Shown here piece after piece: positions 51,713 to 56,015 of a DNA stretch of 56,015 nucleotides. Origin of the DNA: Nitrospirota bacterium (GTDB lineage: Bacteria; JACPQY01). The stretch lies in the NCBI GenBank assembly GCA_016180645.1, contig JACPAV010000023.1:1-56015 (forward strand), given 5' to 3'. The first letter of the stretch is position 1. Each line of letters opens with the position of its first letter. Both the position numbers and the translations under genes were made by a program. The notes under the pieces are model-generated. The model did not search any database. It was not told the DNA's origin and was given only the letters and a program-made list of their open reading frames with translations.

Positions 51713-51728
51713 TGGTACGCGGGTTGCG
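51713..51728 (+). promoter_or_regulatory. Sigma-54 -24/-12 promoter
   Basis: TGGTACGCGGGTTGCG; GG-N10-GC, close to TGGCACG-N4-TTGC. Confidence 0.75.
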
Positions 51729-51876
51729 TTTCTGTTCTTGAAATCGATGACCAAGCATGCTTTCCAAAGGACCCGTTCCCGTCGCCCCAACCTAAACTCT
51801 TCCTTCAGGTTGGCCGATGAGTTCAGTAGCTGAAATCTAGGGAGCAACGCCCAGGGAAAACCGAAAGGGGGGATCA

Positions 51877-54226
51877 GTGGGCAAGGAAGCCCGGAAACTC
51901 GGATCTTGTTTCATTCCGCTCGCCATCGCCGCCGCGGGCCTCATGGCAGGGCGCTGTACGCCGGGGATACCGCCAGGCTCCGCCCGTCAGGCTCCTGAGG
52001 CCGTGGAGGGCACCGACCTGATTCTGGAAGCCGTCCTCCCGCTCCATCCGGAGATTGCCGCCGCCATGAGTGCAATCGAAGATGAGACGGACCTCCAAGC
52101 CCTTCTGACAATCGACGGTGGCGAGGGTGTCGAGGGAGTGCGGGCCGGGGTCCGACTGGGAGTTCGCGCCGGCATTCGGGCGGGCCGTCGCGCAGAAGAT
52201 ACCTCCGGCGTTCGTCTCGGCGTGAGATTGGCCACACAAGAAGGCGTGCGCTTGGCGTCCGGCCGGGGCTTGGCTCCGTCCATCTTCCACCCGGACACTT
52301 CTCCCGAAACAAATCCACTCGACCGCATGCGCGTCCCCCTCACATTGACCGCCGAGTTCCCATCCACACCGGCCTTCGAGGACAAATCCCCCAATCTAGG
52401 CAAGCTTCCACCCGCGGCCCCTGCATCGCCGCCGGACTTGTCATCCCTCGGCTTCGTGGCCCATTTCCGCGTACACCCTGGCGGCCGGTCCGACCGCACC
52501 GGATCCATCCGAGCTTCGATTCGCCTTCGAAGACCTCGCCGAGCGGTTCCGTGAAAAACTCGTCCAGACGGCCAGGGCCTCGGGGGTCCCACCGGAGGAC
52601 GTCCCGGAGCTCGCGTGGGCTCCCGCCGACTTCTCACATCCAGATACGGTCGCCACGGCAGATAGGGCCATCGTGCGGGTGGCGGAGTCGGCGAACATCA
52701 CGCTAACCTGCTCCAAGTCGGAGTGCGCCTTCCGTTGTTCATGGACGTCGCCCGCCGGCTCTCGCGCGGGCGAGGTTTGCTCAAGCCCTTTGAACTTTCA
52801 GAGTGATCGAACCGGAGAACATCGGCTCTTCGTCGCCGCCGTGGATAAGTTCGGCACCCGTGATCTGAGTCCGGCGGAGATCGTCTTCCATGTTGTCTCC
52901 GATGTCGTCTGCGTGTCGGAATCCTGTGGGACCCCCCCACCCCAAGAATCGCCGGTGGACTCTCCCCCGTCTGACCCCGCGCCTGTCATTTCCCTTTCCG
53001 GTGATGACAGCGTGCCACCCGACACGCAGCTCACCGCCACGCCTCCGCGAGTCACGCGGGCCGATACCGCGACCTTCGAATTCGCGGCCTCAGAGCCTGT
53101 GGCGGCCTTCGCGTGCGGCTTGGGTTTGGGCGCCCCCTTCGCGTGTACGTCGCCTTTCGCCCTCATCGGGCTCAAAGAGGGCGGCCATGCGTTCAGAGTT
53201 TTCGCAGTCGACGCCGCGGGCAATCGCGATGCGTCCCCCGCCCTTTACGAATGGCTGGTGGATCGGACGCCTCCGAAGCCGGGGCAAGTCGCCGCCACCG
53301 GTCCGGGCGAATCGAGCTACCTCCGCTCGACCTCCATTCTGTTCATGGCTTGGACGGGTTTTTCCGATGAGCCCGCCGGCATCCAATCCTTCGACACCCA
53401 GGTCAACACTCAATCGGACTGCACGGGGGCGATCCAAGCCGCCGGCGATGCCGGTCTGGCGCACGCCGTCGAACCGGCCGGCCTGCAACTTCAGGATGGG
53501 AAAACCTACTTCGGCTGTGTGCGGGCCACGGATCGCGCAGGAAACGCCGGAAGTTGGGTTTTTTCACCAGGTCTCACGGTGGATGTGAGCGAACCCACAT
53601 CAACCATCCTCCAGCCCAAGAGCGGATCCAAGCTCCCGGCCCTGTCGGCCATCGGCGGAACGGCCGCCGATACCATCAGCGGCGTGGCCGGCGTGGGCCT
53701 GACGATCCGGCGGGAAACGGACGGGCTCTACTGGGAGGGTACATCTTGGGGGAGCGAGCCAAGCTGGAACAAAGCGACGGGGGAATCCAATTTTGTCTTC
53801 ACGGGTGTTCCGACCTGGGAAAGCGGCGTACGGTATGTCATTCGCTCGCGGGCGATTGATGTGGCCGGCAATTTGGAAACGCGCGATTCAATCTCCCTCT
53901 TCACATTCGATTCGACACCTCCCGCCTTCGCGGGAGCGGCATCGGCGATCAGCGCGGCCAACGCCGTGCGCGTGTCGTGGTCAACCGCCACCGACGCGGT
54001 TTCTCCTCCCCTCGCGATACGGTACCTCATCTGCAGGTCCGTCACCGCCGGGGTATGCGCTTCGTTCAACGCCACCGCCGTCACCGCCCCGGGAGTGACG
54101 AAGTTTGATTTCACCGGCCTGAGCGGAAACACAACCTACTATTTCGTCGTCCGCACGCGGGATGAGGCCGGGAATACCGACTCCAACCTGACCGAAGTCT
54201 CGGCCACCACCGGCAACGCCAACTGA
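51877..54226 (+). pseudogene. Secreted Ig-like/FN3 multidomain protein split by an apparent +1 frameshift (pseudogene or sequence error)
   Basis: ORF 51877-52554 has a signal peptide. The next frame is open 52400-54226 and reads as protein well before its first start codon (52673); it encodes PPDT...A.D.AGN Ig repeats and an FN3 domain. Confidence 0.65.
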
Positions 54227-54275
54227 CCTATTTCCGCCGCCGGGACTGGGCTCTGTTTGAGAACGCGTTGGACCG

Positions 54276-54330
54276 GTAGACGCAGGCTTCAGCCTGCGTC
54301 CGAAGACGCACCCGTAAAGGGTGCGACTAC
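54276..54330. repeat. GTAG-type REP doublet, copy 2, nested in short outer inverted repeats
   Basis: GTAGACGCAGGCTTCAGCCTGCG...CGCACCCGTAAAGGGTGCGACTAC; flanked by CTGTTTGAGAAC (54253) and GTTTTCAAACAG (54358). Confidence 0.78.
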
Positions 54331-54430
54331 CAAGAGAAGCGCCCCCGCAATGATGGGGTTTTCAAACAGGAAGTAGGTATACTGTCTCCAGATCTGAATA
54401 TCCTGGGAATGACGGTCAGGCGGACGGTTC

Positions 54431-55804
54431 CTACATTCCCGGCGGAACCTGCGGCAGATGCGCCATGGCCTCATTTACCCGCTCCACGGGGTATTCGAAG
54501 TCCGTGAGCTTCCCGTGGAGGTAGTCTTCGTACGCGGTCATATCGAAGTGGCCATGACCCGATAGGTTGAACGCAATCACCTTCTTCCGCCCGCTCTTCT
54601 TGGCCTCCAGCGCCTCGTCGATGGCCGCGCGGATGGCGTGGGCCGACTCCGGCGCCGGCATGATGCCCTCCGACTTGGAAAACTGCACCGCCGCCTCGAA
54701 AGTTTCAAGTTGTTTGGCCGATCTCGCCTCAATATCGCCATGGTTCACAAGCGCGCTCACCAGAGGAGCCATGCCGTGATAACGCAGGCCGCCGGCATGA
54801 ATGCCCGGTGGAACGAAGGTGTGACCCAGTGTGTGCATCTTCACGATGGGGGCCATCGCCGCGGTGTCGCCGAAATCGAACGTGTATTTTCCCTTCGTCA
54901 TGCTGGGACATGACGCCGGCTCCACCGCCACCACCTTCGTCTTTTTCTTCTCCGTGAAGTTCTTCCAGAGGAAGGGGAAGGCAAAACCGGCGAAGTTCGA
55001 TCCACCCCCCGCGCATCCGATGACCACGTCCGGATATTCTCCGGCCATTTCCATCTGCTGGAGAGATTCGAGGCCGATCACCGTCTGGTGCATGAGAACG
55101 TGCCCCAGCACGGAGCCCAGGCTGTACTTCTTCTTGCCTCCGGAGGTCGCCGCGACTTCCACGGCCTCGGAGATGGCCATTCCAAGAGATCCGGGAGAAT
55201 CCGGAGTCTCACTCAGCAACTTCTTGCCGAACTGCGTTCGATCGGTCGGGCTCGCGTACACTTTCGCACCGAAGTTCTCCATGATGATTCGGCGGTAGGG
55301 CTTTTGATGGTAGGAAACTTTTACCATGTAGACTTCGAGATCGAGGCCGAGAAAACTGCACGCCATGGCGAGAGCGGAACCCCACTGGCCCGCGCCGGTC
55401 TCGGTGGTCAGTGCCTTCGTGCCGCCTTCCTTGTTGAAAAAAGCCTGCGCCACGGCCGTGTTGGGCTTGTGCGAACCCACGGGCGAGACGCCCTCGTACT
55501 TGTAATAAATGTGAGCCGGCGTATCGAGGGCCTTTTCGAGCCGGATCGCCCGATACATCGGCGTCGGCCTCCAAAGCCGGTAGATTTCCCGAACCGGTTC
55601 CGGGATCTCGATCCACCGCTCCTGGCTGACCTCCTGCATGATGATGCTCATAGGGAAGAGCACGCTCAGGAAGTCAGGGGTGACGGGCTGTTTGGTTCCC
55701 GGATGCAGCACCGGTTGGGGCGGCACCGGCATGTCCGCGTTGATGTTGTACCAGGACTTGGGAATCTTGCTTTCTTCGAGCAGGAATTTATATTGATCGC
55801 TCAT
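54431..55804 (-). CDS. trpB: TrpB-like PLP enzyme (tryptophan synthase beta, TrpB2 type)
   Basis: [38 protein letters not shown] and NLSGHG motifs; no trpA adjacent in the window. Confidence 0.95.
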   Translation of the reverse strand: MSDQYKFLLEESKIPKSWYNINADMPVPPQPVLHPGTKQPVTPDFLSVLFPMSIIMQEVSQERWIEIPEPVREIYRLWRPTPMYRAIRLEKALDTPAHIYYKYEGVSPVGSHKPNTAVAQAFFNKEGGTKALTTETGAGQWGSALAMACSFLGLDLEVYMVKVSYHQKPYRRIIMENFGAKVYASPTDRTQFGKKLLSETPDSPGSLGMAISEAVEVAATSGGKKKYSLGSVLGHVLMHQTVIGLESLQQMEMAGEYPDVVIGCAGGGSNFAGFAFPFLWKNFTEKKKTKVVAVEPASCPSMTKGKYTFDFGDTAAMAPIVKMHTLGHTFVPPGIHAGGLRYHGMAPLVSALVNHGDIEARSAKQLETFEAAVQFSKSEGIMPAPESAHAIRAAIDEALEAKKSGRKKVIAFNLSGHGHFDMTAYEDYLHGKLTDFEYPVERVNEAMAHLPQVPPGM

Positions 55805-56015
55805 CCGGACCCTCCTATTCGCATGGGTTTAGACCTCCCAGGCACGGATTATAGATAAACTCGCGGCGGACGCAATCTCCGGCGGCGCCTTCCCCAAGGC
55901 ACCGTGGCGGAGCCTAAACCTGAATCCGGCGTGAATATGGCTTTTCCGGGGGCTGCCGTGGGGGTATGTTTTCGAGGTTTCTTTTTCATCGATTGTCAGG
56001 CGTGCGACCTTTCAG

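Noticed and set aside
51750-51876. Riboswitch or hammerhead ribozyme in the leader of the third surface gene
   Set aside because: Hairpins and a CCGATGA...GAAA-like stretch are present, but the cores of hammerhead, fluoride, c-di-GMP and c-di-AMP motifs are not matched. An Rfam scan would settle it.

Overview
GC-rich bacterial chromosomal segment. Gene content (aminotransferase-serA-hisZ-purA, sigma-54 regulation, Cys-rich CDGxDNDCDG surface repeats) suggests a deltaproteobacterial/Myxococcota-like or related lineage; this is inference. The left two thirds hold housekeeping genes (serA, hisZ, purA, Trk/Ktr K+ uptake, ispE, SRP RNA, ffh-rpsP-khpA-trmD-rplS-yraN) mixed with small accessory genes, three toxin-antitoxin modules and several families of REP-like palindromes. 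The right third is the most interesting part. An operon encoding an NtrC-type activator, histidine kinase, receiver and diguanylate cyclase is transcribed divergently from three very large modular secreted proteins (about 2190 aa Cys-rich/FN3/RCC1; about 2670 aa subtilase/PKD/RCC1/PQQ-propeller; a frameshifted Ig/FN3 protein), with a fourth TA module between the first two. Each of the three has its own sigma-54 -24/-12 promoter. The first two also share paired TGT-N11-AC(A/G) enhancer-like sites at identical spacing and a post-lipobox C-T-x-K-G-G-R motif, pointing to a co-regulated surface-protein system. Other observations: palindromic DNA elements translated in frame inside genes, an RCC1 module inserted into a PKD domain between 9-bp direct repeats, widespread leaderless-type promoters, no rimM in the trmD cluster, and an orphan Kelch remnant. 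No CRISPR array, tRNA, rRNA, transposase or integrase was seen. All family calls come from motifs read by eye; no database search was run.
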